Positions 9,803-22,105 of a DNA stretch of 64,000 nucleotides are shown here, one piece after another. The notes under the pieces are model-generated. The model did no database searches, was not told the DNA's origin, and worked only from the letters and a program-made list of their open reading frames with translations. A program made the position numbers and the translations under genes. How positions within the stretch are numbered: position 1 is the stretch's first letter; every line of letters begins with the position of its first letter. Source of the stretch: Camelus ferus (lineage: Eukaryota); the NCBI RefSeq assembly GCF_009834535.1, contig NC_045696.1:122142001-122206000 (forward strand), written 5' to 3'.

Positions 9803-10447
9803 TCTTTGTTTAAAACACCTTTACTGTGGTACGATTTCTGTTCCGTCAATTAGACACATCTCACATGTAGTATTTGATGAATTTTCATAGACGTCTGCAC
9901 CCAGAAACCATCACCACCATCAAGATAGCTACCATTTCCATCACTCCCCAAGAGGGGCAATTCTCCAATGCCCGTATTTTCCCCTTCCCACCCCCTTCCC
10001 GCCCTGGTAACCGTAAGTTTGTTTCTCTATGTCTGTGGGTCTGTTCCTCTTTTGTCGTTAAGTTCGTTTCTGACTTTTGTTTAGATTCCGCATGGAAGTG
10101 GTATCATACGGCATTTTTCTCTCTTCTGGCTTCCTTCACACAGAATGGCTATCTCTGTGTCCGTCCATGTGGCCGCAAATGGCACTGGTTTATCCTTTTT
10201 CATGGCCGAGTAGTATTCCATGGCCTAAATAGTACACTACTCCTTTGTCCACTCGCCAGCCGATGGAAGTTTGGCTTCTTTCCACGTCCCGGCTGTTATA
10301 AATAGGGCTACTGTGAGCATTGAGGTGCATGTGAATTTTTGAATTAGAGATTTCTCCTCACATATCCCCAGGCGTGGGAAGGCTGGATCATACGTTAAGT
10401 CCAATGTTAGTTTTTTAAGGAACCCCCATCCTGTCTTCTCTAGTGGC
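9803..10447 (-). mobile_element. LINE-1 3' fragment, unit 2
   Basis: ORF 10237-10461 FLKKLTLDLTYDPAFPRLGI...TCTSMLTVALFITAGTWKEAKLPSAGEWTK is a decayed L1 ORF2p C-terminus. Confidence 0.9.
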
Positions 10448-10654
10448 AATGCAGGCCGCATTTCTGAAGCAGAGCCATGCTCAGAAAGTAACGGGTATTA
10501 CTAGAGGTCAGACATGAAGTGCAGTGAGCTTGGACTGTTCCAGAAGAAGAGGGCAGTCTGGCAGGGCTGGAGGAGGGTGACCAGGGGAGTGTGGCACAGG
10601 CAGGGTTCAGACCACGTGGGGACATGACAGGCTGGGACGAGGAGCCTGGGCTTC

Positions 10655-11121
10655 CAGTCATCCCTTGGTAACCATGGGGCACTGGTCCCAGGACTCCCCA
10701 CACATGCCAACGTTCATGGATGCTGATGCCTCTTGTATAAAATGACATAGGGCTTACAGGCAATTACACGCACCCTCCCGTGTACTTTACTTTTTACATA
10801 CAAACATTTTTTTCCCCCGAGTTTTTGTCATTTGACAATGTTGTGTCAGATTCCAGTGTAGAGCACAATTTTTCAGTTATACACGAACATACGCATACAT
10901 TCATTTTCACATTCTCTTTCGCTGTGTCCTCCTGTGCACTTTAAATCATCTCTAGGTGACGCGTGGTATGTAAGGCAACATCAATGCTATGCAAGCAGTT
11001 GCATGTGTGTGGCAAATTCAAGTGTTGCTTTTTGAAACTTTCTGTTTTTTCCCGAATATTTTCAACCCACACTTAGTTGAATCTGATGGATCGGGAGCCC
11101 CTAGATACGGAGAACCCCCAA
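10655..11121 (+). mobile_element. MER2B-like element with nested L1 3' end, unit 2
   Basis: Copy of 5624-6090. Confidence 0.85.
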
Positions 11122-11180
11122 GCCCTTCCCACCTGCTCAATTTCCACTGTCAGCGCTGAAGGGGACCAAAAAGAGGAGAA

Positions 11181-11199
11181 GAGCGCCCTCTAGCGGCTG
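11181..11199 (-). promoter_or_regulatory. Predicted CTCF site A
   Basis: Identical to 6150-6168. Confidence 0.65.
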
Positions 11200-12499
11200 G
11201 AAACGCTGAGGCAGTTCTTCAGCGTATACAGCGCAGGAGAGAAGGTTTCGGGCCGACTAGCACCAAAGGAGGGCCCGCCTGGACAGGAAGGAGGAAGGAC
11301 GGCAGTGGAAGCCAGCTCGCACCCTTCCTGGAGCTAGCTGGTAGCAGGGAGGGATGCCGAGGAACTGGGGACACGTCGCGTGGGGGGGCAATCCTGGCCG
11401 CCAGGTGCAGGGTTCGCACGGCTGGCACCCAGTTTGCACGATCCAAATGACAAGGAGTGGGGGTGGGGGGAAGGGGCTGCCTCAGCACTGGGATCCCGAA
11501 AAGGGCCAGAGCGCCGTGACCTCAGTTAATGCGGCTCCCCTCGTAAGCCAGAAAAAGGAAACCATGAGGCAAGCTGTTGCAGGTTCCACCGCAGCCACAC
11601 GGATAACTAGATCTCTCAGCTGACAGAACAGAAGCATCGGAGCCAGGAATCTTTCCTTTTCTCTTCTTCTGGACCTTGGGACAGGGAGCCAAACATCTCT
11701 AACGGGAAGCATCTTTATTCCGGTAGAGAGCTCACTTTTTCAGGAATAAGCATGGAGTGAAAGAGTACAGAGACGGTTTAGTGGTTCAAAGCGGAAGCCC
11801 GTCTGAGAAACGGTAAAAACATGCTTCTCATTGAAGCCGAGTTATGGCAAGAACCTAAAGCTGCGTATAGACAGGGAAGGGTTCCAAGTCCACCGCTCAA
11901 AAAATATTAGCCAATCATGTCTCCATTTGATTGGGAAAGAAGTAAGTAACTCAAAAATGGGAAAGACATGGGATTAAGTAGTGGTAGTGAGTAATGAAAT
12001 CCAAGTTATTTATACCTATATTTTCATTGTGAATGTAACAAACTTAAAGCAACTGTCTAAAAAGCAGTAAGTGTAGCTCACGCGCTCACACACACGCACC
12101 ATTGGGAAGAGCAGAGAGGTAAAATATGCTAAATGTATCATGATAGAGAAACAAGATCTAATAGATGATTTCGTTTTTGAGGCTCTTGTAGCAATACTGG
12201 TCGAATTAAATATAGAGTTATGAACTTCGAGATGATTTATAAACATTTAGAGAGAATTTTCCTTAAAAGGCAATATAGCTTCCAAATCACTGAAGAGAAA
12301 ATTAACCTCAAAAACAATTCATCAATCCAGCTAAGAAGGAGTAACGGAGACCATATTTACCATCCTACAGTAAACCCCAAAGCGGATAAAATATATCAAG
12401 CAATGATTTTTAAGACCCGTGGAAACGATCATCCCGTAGGACCTCGTCCTGCCACCTCCATACCAAGGGTGCTAGGCCTCCTACCGCCACTACCCAGGA

Positions 12500-12518
12500 T
12501 GTCCACCAGGTGGCGACA
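12500..12518 (+). promoter_or_regulatory. Predicted CTCF site B
   Basis: Identical to 7469-7487. Confidence 0.65.
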
Positions 12519-12813
12519 TTGCCTCCCTTCGCTCCTGCTGCAGAGCCAGTCCTGAGCAGTCCTGTTCCAGGTTTCGGCAGGCAGCTCCCAGAAGCGCTCT
12601 CGTGGGCCTTGGTCCCTTTTAGCCACCAGCAAAGGGATCGAGGATGAGCAGTGAGCCTCCTTACTCATCGAAGATCTAGGAAGCTATCTGATTTCTGAGC
12701 AGCCCTTTACCCTCGTCTGCTGTCTGGTACTCTCCACCCGACTTGCAGAGTCCGTGGCTTGGGCAGCCGGCACGCTGGCCCCTGCCCATCAGAATCTGTT
12801 CCCCCGGCCAAGA

Positions 12814-12964
12814 GGCCACGCGCGGTCGTGAGCAGGTTTCCAGGCCTCTGGAGCCGGGCCGCTTGGACTGCATCCTGGCCCTGGGCTCGCGAGCTCCATG
12901 CCCTTGACTGAGTCACTTAACAACTCTAAGCTAGTTTCCCCATCAGTAAAATGAAGACAGAATC
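12814..12964 (+). mobile_element. MIR SINE fragment (unit 3)
   Basis: Copy of 7777-7927. Confidence 0.75.
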
Positions 12965-14842
12965 CATATCGGGGAAAAAATGAGAATCGGGGTGGGGGGG
13001 GAGTACATTTCTGGTGATTGAAGATTATTTTCATTTTGAATTATACAGTGAGGGACACCATACAAGTTTTACTACTTCAGACTCCTAAGGGACAGCTTCT
13101 GCTTTTCTTAAAACTACTGCATGCACCTACACCCAAACACACGTGCAGACACACTGGCTCTGCTCCACATACATCCCCACGCACACACTCGGAGTCATGT
13201 GCCACACACACACCCATAACATAACACACAACCACCCACGTCCTCAGGCGCGCACACACACGCAAAGTCACCGTCACGTACCTCACACGTCCCCAGGTGT
13301 ACGCGAGCGCGTACGCACACACACGTCACACACAACTTTGGCGTCATTCTAAAGCAACTTCCAATCGAGGGTCTCAGTGTCCATTGTTTCATCCGCTCAG
13401 AAGCTCCTGAATTCGGAGCATGAAGCAGGAGCCCCTCCACTCTGGAGAAGGTCTTTGCCCCTTGCAGTCTCAGCAGAGCCAAAAGAACTGCTCTGGACCT
13501 TTGCAAGTGCAGGGCCAGAGCTTATCTGGTTGTTCCCATCGTATATTTGTCAACATTTTAAGTGCGGTAGGTTCTAAACTCCTGCCTTTACAATGACACA
13601 TTCATTCTAAGGGGGAAGGCCAGGCTCCACTTTAGAATTCCCAGACTCAGGGGAGTCCCGCACAGAAAGTGACAGTGTGGGGAGAGCCGATTCCCAGTGT
13701 CTGACCAATAGCCTGACCGTTTTCTTCCCAATGCTGGGTCCATCCCATGCCCCAAGTGGCCTCTTAGGTGCACAGGGGGACACTCAGTCCTCACATCCGG
13801 GCTCTGTCCATACCCTCCATGCCAACAGCTGACCGTTGGCCTCTGTGTGAGTCCTGGGAAGCTGAGCTCTGGCGAGAGCCGGTGCAGACACTAGAAGTGG
13901 GTCAGGGGCTGCTGGGGCAGGGCATTCGTGATCCTGGGTTTCCAGAGCACGGGGTGGAGCCATTTGGCGTGTCCCCTTGGCCCTGCTGAATCCATCCCGT
14001 GGAGGGCGTGGCCAGAGGGAGTGTCAGGGCCAGAGGGACCCTCTGTAGTTCAGGACCCAGGGCAGCGGGGTTGGGGAGGGCCCCCTTGCCGGGGTCTAAG
14101 GGCAGAAGCACTAAGGAAAGGCCTGAGGAGGCTGGAAGGTATCGTCATTCCCATCAATTAAGAAAACAAAAGCTCCCCGCAGGCGAGGGTGGGAAGGCTT
14201 TTGTTAGAACAAGGGAAGGCGCTTGCCAAGGTCTGGCCGGAGAAAGCTGGGGGCTTGCCAGGCTGATGAGGAACCGAGAGGCCATCAGCCTCGAAACACC
14301 GCCGCAATTCCTCCGGGCGACACTGAGGTGCAGTGAGACACGGAAAGCACGAGAAACACAGGCCCCAAACTCAGCAGCCTGTTGCTTGGTTCACTGTCCG
14401 TCTGGCGCCCCCTCTGCTAGGAGCCCTTTAGCGCATCACCCAGGGCTGACCCGGCTCAGGATTCCAGCTGATTGTCCACAGGTGGCATCACTTGCTGGTG
14501 ACACGAAGCAGGCACGTTAGCCACCTCCCAAACACTGAGGCTCCTCCTGGGAGGAGCCTGCGGGCCCCCAGTCCAGCCTCTGCGCCACGATGCTCCTTAG
14601 TGCCACTCCCGCTTTGCTGCCCCGGCCTCTAGCTCTGGCCGAACCTCGGCTGGATTCTCGATAAATGTCACCCATGCACCATGTCTAAGCTTGGGGTCCA
14701 CATGGGACCATGGCTCTTATCTTCTTCCCATCGATGGATCGTTCGGGCTTCATGTCATCGTGTTGGCGGGAAGGCCAGCACCGCCCTCTTGAGGCCTCCC
14801 TGAAGACACATAGAAACATAGGACACAATGCAGCCCATCTCT

Positions 14843-15483
14843 CTTTTTTTAAAACACCTTTATTGTGGTACGATTTCTGTTCCGTCAATTAGACACATCT
14901 CACATGTAGTATTTGATGAAATTTTCATAGACGTCTGCACCAGAATACCATCACGACTTCAAGATAGCTACCATTTCCATCACTCTCCAAGAAGGGCAAT
15001 TCTCCAATTCCCATATTTACCCCTTCCCACCCCCTTCCCGCCCTGGTAACCGTTAAGTTTGTTTCTCTAATGTCTGTGGGTCTGTTCCTCTTTGGTCGTT
15101 AAGTTCGTTTCTGTCTTTTGTTTAGATTCCGCATGGAAGTGGTATCCTACGGCATTTTTCTCTCTTCTGGCTTCATTCACTCCGAATGACTATCCCTGTG
15201 TCAGTCCATGTGGCCGCAAAGCATTGTTTTATCCTTTTGCATGGCTGAGTAGTATCCATGGCATAAATAGGCTACTACTCCTTTAACCACACGCCAGCTG
15301 ATGGACGTTTGGCTTGGTTTTACGTCCGGCTGTTATAAATAGGGCTGCTGTGAGCATTGAGGTGCATGTGACTTTTGGAATTAGAGGTTCCTCCTCAATT
15401 ATCCCCAGGCGTGGGAAGGCTGGATCATAAGGTAAGTCCAATGTAGTTTTTAAGGAACCCCCATCCTGTCTTCTCTAGCGGCA
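14843..15483 (-). mobile_element. LINE-1 3' fragment, unit 3
   Basis: Copy of 4783-5416. Confidence 0.9.
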
Positions 15484-15689
15484 ATGCAGGCCGCCTTTCT
15501 GAAGCAGAGCCATGCTCAGAAAGTAACGGGTATTTCTAGAGGTCAGACATGAAGTGCAGTGAGCTTGGACTGTTCCAGAAGAAGAGGCAGTCTGGCAGGG
15601 CTGGAGGAGGGTGACCAGGGGAGTGTGGCACAGGCAGGGTTTCAGACCACGTGGGGACATGACAGGCTGGGACGAGGAGCCTAGTCTTC

Positions 15690-16153
15690 CAGTCATCCCT
15701 TGTTAACCATGGGGCACTGGTCCCAGGACTCCCACACATGCCAACATCCATGGATGCTGACGCCTCTTGTATAAAATGACATAGGGCTTACATGCAATTA
15801 CACGCACCCTCCCGTGTACTTTACTTTTTACATACAAACTTTTTTTCCCGAGTTATAGTCATTTGACAATGTTGTGTCGGATTCCAGTGTAGAGAACAAT
15901 TTTTTAGTTATACACGGAAAATACGCATACATTCATTGTCACATTCTCTTTCGCCGTGTCCTCCTGTGTACTTGAAATCATCTCTAGAGGACGCGTGGTA
16001 TGTAAGGCAACGTGAATGCTACGTAAGCAGTTGCCGGTGTGTGGCAAGTTCAAGTGTTGCTTTTTGAAACTTTCTGTTTTTTCCCGAATATTTTCAACCC
16101 ACAGTTGGTTGAATCTGCTGGAGCGGGAGCCCCTAGATACGGAGAACCCTCAA
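15690..16153 (+). mobile_element. MER2B-like element with nested L1 3' end, unit 3
   Basis: Variant copy; GTTGCCGG and GTTGGTTGAATC are closer to the recalled MER2B consensus. Confidence 0.85.
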
Positions 16154-16212
16154 GCCCTTCCCACCTCCTAAATTTCCACTGTAAGCGCTGCAGGGGACCA
16201 AAGAGAGGAGAA

Positions 16213-16231
16213 GAGCGCCCTCTAGCGGCTG
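16213..16231 (-). promoter_or_regulatory. Predicted CTCF site A
   Basis: Identical motif although the flanks are diverged in this copy. Confidence 0.65.
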
Positions 16232-17530
16232 GAAACGCTGAGGCAGTTCCTTCAGCGTATGCAGCGCAGGAGAGAAGGTTTCGGGCCGACTAGCGCAAAT
16301 GGAGGGCCCGCCTGTACAGGAAGGAAGAAGGACGGCAGTGGAAGCCAGCTCGCACCCTTCCTGGAGCTAGCTGGTAGCAGTGAGGGACGCCGAGGGACTG
16401 GGGACACGTCGCGTGGGGGGGCAATCCTGGCCGCCAGGTGCAGGGTTCGCACGGCTGGCACCCAGTTTGCACGATCCAAATGACAAGGAGTGGGGGTGGG
16501 GGGAAGGGGCTGCCTCAGCACTGGGATCCCGAAAAGGGCCAGAGCGCCGTGACCTCAGTTAATGCGGCTCCCCTCGTAAGCCAGAAAAAGGAAACCATGA
16601 GGCAAGCTGTTGCAGGTTCCACCGCAGCCACACGGATAACTAGATCTCTCAGCTGACAGAACAGAAGCATCGGAGCCAGGAATCTTTCCTTTTCTCTTCT
16701 TCTGGACCTTGGGACAGGGAGCCAAACATCTCTAACGGGAAGCATCTTTATTCCGGTAGAGAGCTCACTTTTTCAGGAATAAGCATGGAGTGAAAGAGTA
16801 CAGAGACGGTTTAGTGGTTCAAAGCGGAAGCCCGTCTGAGAAACGGTAAAAACATGCTTCTCATTGAAGCCGAGTTATGGCAAGAACCTAAAGCTGCGTA
16901 TAGACAGGGAAGGGTTCCAAGTCCACCGCTCAAAAAATATTAGCCAATCATGTCTCCATTTGATTGGGAAAGAAGTAAGTAACTCAAAAATGGGAAAGAC
17001 ATGGGATTAAGTAGTGGTAGTGAGTAATGAAATCCAAGTTATTTATACCTATATTTTCATTGTGAATGTAACAACTTAAAGCAACTGTCTAAAAAGCAGT
17101 AAGTGTAGCTCACGCGCTCACACACACGCACCATTGGGAAGAGCAGAGAGGTAAAATATGCTAAATGTATCATGATAGAGAAACAAGATCTAATAGATGA
17201 TTTCGTTTTGAGGCTCTTGTAGCAATACTGGTCGAATTAAATATAGAGTTATGAACTTCGAGATGATTTATAAACATTTAGAGAGAATTTTCCTTAAAAG
17301 GCAATATAGCTTCCAAATCACTGAAGAGAAAATTAACCTCAAAAACAATTCATCAATCCAGCTAAGAAGGAGTAACGGAGACCATATTTACCATCCTACA
17401 GTAAACCCCAAAGCGGATAAAATATATCAAGCAATGATTTTTCAGACCCGTGGAAACGATCATCCCGTAGGACCTCGTCCTGCCACCTCCATACCAAGGG
17501 TGCTAGGCCTCCTACTGCCACTACCCAGGA

Positions 17531-17549
17531 TGTCCACCAGGTGGCGACA
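17531..17549 (+). promoter_or_regulatory. Predicted CTCF site B
   Basis: Identical to 7469-7487. Confidence 0.65.
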
Positions 17550-17844
17550 TTGCCTCCCTTCGCTCCTGCTGCAGAGCCAGTCCTGAGCAGTCCTGTTCCA
17601 GGTTTCGGCAGGCAGCTCCCAGAAGCGCTCTCGTGGGCCTTGGTCCCTTTTAGCCACCAGCAAAGGGATCGAGGATGAGCAGTGAGCCTCCTTACTCATC
17701 GAAGATCTAGGAAGCTAACTGATTTCTGAGCAGCCCTTTACCCTCGTCTGCTGTCTGGTACTCTCCACCCGACTTGCAGAGTCCGTGGCTTGGGCAGCCG
17801 GCACGCTGGCCCCTGCCCATCAGAATCTGTTCCCCCGGCCAAGA

Positions 17845-17995
17845 GGCCACGCGCGGTCGTGAGCAGGTTTCCAGGCCTCTGGAGCCGGGCCGCTTGGACT
17901 GCGTCCTGGCCCTGGGCTCGCGAGCTCCATGCCCTTGACTGAGTCACTTAACAACTCTAAGCTAGTTTCCCCATCAGTAAAATGAAGACAGAATC
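17845..17995 (+). mobile_element. MIR SINE fragment (unit 4)
   Basis: Copy of 7777-7927. Confidence 0.75.
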
Positions 17996-19871
17996 CATAT
18001 CGGGGAAAAAATGAGAATCGGGGTGGGGGGGAGTACATTTCTGGTGATTGAATATTATTTTCATTTTGAATTATACAGTGAGGGACACCATACAAGTTTT
18101 ACTACTTCAGACTCCTAAGGGACAGCTTCTGCTTTTCTTAAAACTACTGCATGCACCTACACCCAAACACACGTGCAGACACACTGGCTCTGCTCCACAT
18201 ACATCCCCACGCACACACTCAGAGTCATGTGCCACACACACACCCATAACATAACACACAACCACCCACGTCCTCAGGCGCGCACACACACGCAAAGTCA
18301 CCGTCACGTACCTCACACGTCCCCAGGTGTACGCGAGCGCGTACGCACACACACGTCACACACAACTTTGGCGTCATTCTAAAGCAACTTCCAATCGAGG
18401 GTCTCAGTGTCCATTGTTTCATCCGCTCAGAAGCTCCTGAATTCGGAGCATGAAGCAGGAGCCCCTCCACTCTGGAGAAGGTCTTTGCCCCTTGCAGTCT
18501 CAGCAGAGCCAAAAGAACTGCTCTGGTCCTTTGCAAGTGCAGGGCCAGAGCTTATCTGGTAGTTCCCATCGTATATTTGTCAACATTTTAAGCGCGGTAG
18601 GTTCTAAACTCCTGACTTTACAATGACACATTCATTCTAAGAGGGAAGGCCAGGCTCAACTTTAGAATTCCCAGACTCAAGGGAGTCCCGCACAGAAAGT
18701 GACAGTGTGGGGAGAGCCGATTCCCAGTGTCTGACCAATAGCCTGACCGTTTTCTTCCCAATGCTGGGTCCATCCCATGCCCCAAGTGGCCTCTTAGGTG
18801 CACAGGGGGACACTCAGTCCTCACATCCGGGCTCTGTCCATACCCTCCATGCCAACAGCTGACCGTTGGCCTCTGTGTGAGTCCTGGGAAGCTGAGCTCT
18901 GGCGAGAGCCGGTGCAGACACTAGAAGTGGGTCAGGGGCTGCTGGGGCAGGGCATTCGTGATCCTGGGTTTCCAGAGCACGGGGTGGAGCCATTTGGCGT
19001 GTCCCCTTGGCCCTGCTGAATCCATCCCATGGAGGGCGTGGCCAGAGGGAGTGTCAGGGCCAGAGGGACCCTCTGTAGTTCAGGACCCAGGGCAGCGGGG
19101 TTGGGGAGGGCCCCCTTGCCGGGGTCTAAGGGCAGAAGCACTAAGGAAAGGCCTGAGGAGGCTGGAAGGTATCGTCATTCCCATCAATTAAGAAAACAAA
19201 AGCTCCCCGCAGGCGAGGGTGGGAAGGCTTTTGTTAGAACAAGGGAAGGCGCTTGCCAAGGTCTGGCCGGAGAAAGCTGGGGGCTTGCCAGGCTGATGAG
19301 GAACCGAGAGGCCATCAGCCTCGAAACACCGCCGCAATTCCTCCGGGCGACACTGAGGTGCAGTGAGACACGGAAAGCACGAGAAACACAGGCCCCAAAC
19401 TCAGCAGCCTGTTGCTTGGTTCACTGTCCGTCTGTCGCCCCCTATGCTAGGAGCCCTTAGCGCATCACCCAGGGCTGACCCGGCTCAGGATTCCAGCTGA
19501 TTGCCCACAGGTGGCATCACTTGCTGGTGACACGAAGCAGGCACGTTAGCCACCTCCCAAACTCTGAGGCTCCTCCCGGGAGGAGCCTGCGGGCCCCCAG
19601 TCCAGCCTCTGCGCCACCATGCTCCTTAGTGCCGCTCCCGCTTTGCTGCCCCGGCCTATAGCTCTGGCCGGAACCTCGCCGGATTGTCGATAAATGTCAC
19701 CCACGCACCATGTCTAAGCTTGGGGTCCAGATGTGACCACAGCTCTTATCTTCTTCCCATCGATGGATCGTTCGGGCTTCTTGCCATCGTGTTGGCAGGA
19801 AGGCCAGCACCGCCCTGTTGAGGCCTCCCTGAAGACACATAGAAACATAGGACACAATGCAGCCCATCTCT

Positions 19872-20520
19872 CTTTGTTTAAAACACCTTTATTGTGGTAC
19901 GATTTCTGTTCCGTCAATTAGACACATCTCACATGTAGTATTTGATGAATTTTCATAGACGTCTGCACCCAGAAAACCATCACCACCATCAAGATAGCTA
20001 CCATTTCCATCACTCCCCAAGAGGGGCAATTCTCCAATGCCCATATTTTCCCCTTTCCACCCCCTTCCCGCCCTGGTAACCGTAAGTTTGTTTCTCTATG
20101 TCTGTGGGTCTGTTCCTCTTTTGTCGTTAACTTCGTCTCTGACTTTTGTTTAGATTCCGCATGGACGTGGTATCATACGGCATTTTTCTCTCTTCTGGCT
20201 TCCTTCACACAGAATGACTATCTCTGTGTCCGTACATGTGGCCGCAAATGTCACTGGTTTATCCTTTTTCATGGCTGAGTAGTATTCCATGGCATAAATA
20301 GGACACTGCACCTTTGTCCACTCGCCAGCCGATGGACGTTTGGTTGGCTTCTTTCCACGTCCCGGCTGTTATAAATAGGGCTGCTGTGAGCATTGAGGTG
20401 CATGTGACTTTTTGAATTAGAGATTTCTCCTCACATATCCCCAGGCGTGGGAAGGCTGGATCATACGGTAAGTCCAATGTTAGTTTTTTAAGGAACTCCC
20501 ATCCTGTCTTCTCTAGTGGC
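19872..20520 (-). mobile_element. LINE-1 3' fragment, unit 4
   Basis: ORF 20259-20522 FLKKLTLDLPYDPAFPRLGICEEKSLIQKVTCTSMLTAALFITAGTWK. Confidence 0.9.
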
Positions 20521-20727
20521 AATGCAGGCCGCCTTTCTGAAGCAGAGCCATGCTCAGAAAGTAACGGGTATTACTAGAGGTCAGGCATGAAGTGCAGTGA
20601 GCTTGGACTGTTCCAGAAGAAGAGGGCAGTCTGGCAGGGCTGGAGGAGGGTGACCAGGGGAGTGTGGCACAGGCAGGGTTCAGACCACGTGGGGACATGA
20701 CAGGCTGGGACGAGGAGCCTGGGCTTC

Positions 20728-21194
20728 CAGTCATCCCTTGGTAACCATGGGGCACTGGTCCCAGGACTCCCCACACATGCCAACATTCATGGATGCTGAT
20801 GCCTCTTGCATAAAATGACATAGGGCTTACAGACAATTACACGCACCCTCCCGTGTACTTTACTTTTTACATACAAACATTTTTTTCCCCCGAGTTATTG
20901 TCATTTGACAATGTTGTGTCAGATTCCAGTGTAGAGCACAAGTTTTCAGTTATACACGAACATACGCATACATTCATTTTCACATTCTCTTTCGCTGTGT
21001 CCTCCTGTGCACTTTAAATCATCTCTAGGTGACGCGTGGTATGTAAGGCAACATCAATGCTATGCAAGCAGTTGCGTGTGTGTGGCAAATTCAAGTGTTG
21101 CTTTTTGAAACTTTCTGTTTTTTCCCGAATATTTTCAACCCGCATTTAGTTGAATCTGATGGATCGGGAGCCCCTAGATACGGAGAACCCCCAA
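20728..21194 (+). mobile_element. MER2B-like element with nested L1 3' end, unit 4
   Basis: Copy of 5624-6090. Confidence 0.85.
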
Positions 21195-21252
21195 GCCCTT
21201 CCCACCTGCTCAATTTCCACTGTCAGCGCTGAAGGGGACCAAAAGAGGAGAA

Positions 21253-21271
21253 GAGCGCCCTCTAGCGGCTG
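21253..21271 (-). promoter_or_regulatory. Predicted CTCF site A
   Basis: Identical to 6150-6168. Confidence 0.65.
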
Positions 21272-21351
21272 GAAACGTTGAGGCAGTTCTTCAGCGTATG
21301 CAGCGCAGGAGAGAAGGTTTCGGGCCGACTAGCGCAAAAGGAGGGCCCGCC

Positions 21352-22005
21352 TGGACAGGAAGGAGGAAGGACGGCAGTGGAAGCCAGCTCGCACCCTTCC
21401 TGGAGCTAGCTGGTAGCAGTGAGGGATGCCGAGGAACTGGGGACACGTCGCGTGGGGGGGCAATCCTGGCCGCCAGGTGCAGGGTTCGCACGGCTGGCAC
21501 CCAGTTTGCACGATCCAAATGACAAGGAGTGGGGGTGGGGGGAAGGGGCTGCCTCAGCACCGGGATCCCGAAAAGGGCCAGAGCGCCGTGACCTCAGTTA
21601 ATGCGGCTCCCCTAGTAAGCCAGAAAAAGGAAACTATGAGGCAAGTTGTTGCAGGTTCCACCGCAGCCACACGGATAACTAGATCTCTCAGCTGACAGAA
21701 CAGAAGCATCGGAGCCAGGAATCTTTCCTTTTCTCTTCTTCTGGACCTTGGGACAGGGAGCCAAACATCTCTAACGGGAAGCATCTTTATTCCGGTAGAG
21801 AGCTCACTTTTTCAGGAATAAGCATGGAGTGAAAGAGTACAGAGACGGTTTAGTGGTTCAAAGCGGAAGCCCGTCTGAGAAACGGTAAAAACATGCTTCT
21901 CATTGAAGCCGAGTTATGGCAAGAACCTAAAGCTGCGTATAGACAGGGAAGGGTTCCAAGTCCACCGCTCAAAAAATATTAGCCAATCATGTCTCCATTT
22001 GATTG
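21352..22005 (+). repeat. Macrosatellite unit 5 (partial)
   Basis: First ~650 bp of the unit, cut by the gap. Confidence 0.95.
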
Positions 22006-22105
22006 NNNNNNNNNNNNNNNNNNNNNNNNNNNNNNNNNNNNNNNNNNNNNNNNNNNNNNNNNNNNNNNNNNNNNNNNNNNNNNNNNNNNNNNNNNNNNNN
22101 NNNNN
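22006..22105. other. Assembly gap (100 N)
   Basis: Run of exactly 100 N. Confidence 0.99.

Larger units (their letters stand above)
6249..11279 (+). repeat. Macrosatellite unit 2
   Basis: Full-length colinear copy. Confidence 0.95.
11280..16312 (+). repeat. Macrosatellite unit 3 (mosaic)
   Basis: Near-identical to units 2 and 4 in its first part, divergent from ~14.5 kb onward. Confidence 0.95.
16313..21351 (+). repeat. Macrosatellite unit 4
   Basis: Full-length colinear copy. Confidence 0.95.
1223..22005 (+). repeat. Macrosatellite tandem array, ~5.03 kb unit, ~4.1 copies, truncated by gaps at both ends
   Basis: Anchor ACAGGAAGG at 1226, 6252, 11283, 16316, 21355 (spacings 5026, 5031, 5033, 5039); the ORF track repeats at the same period. 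Confidence 0.98.

Noticed and set aside
13999..14520. 173-aa ORF, with related ORFs at 3910-4269 and 19029-19460
   Set aside because: No recognisable domain; frameshifted or truncated differently in each unit
1223..22005. Unit as an snRNA (U1/U2), 5S, tRNA, snoRNA or DUX-type gene array
   Set aside because: No such RNA sequence or homeodomain ORF recognised on either strand; an Infernal/Rfam scan would be the decisive test
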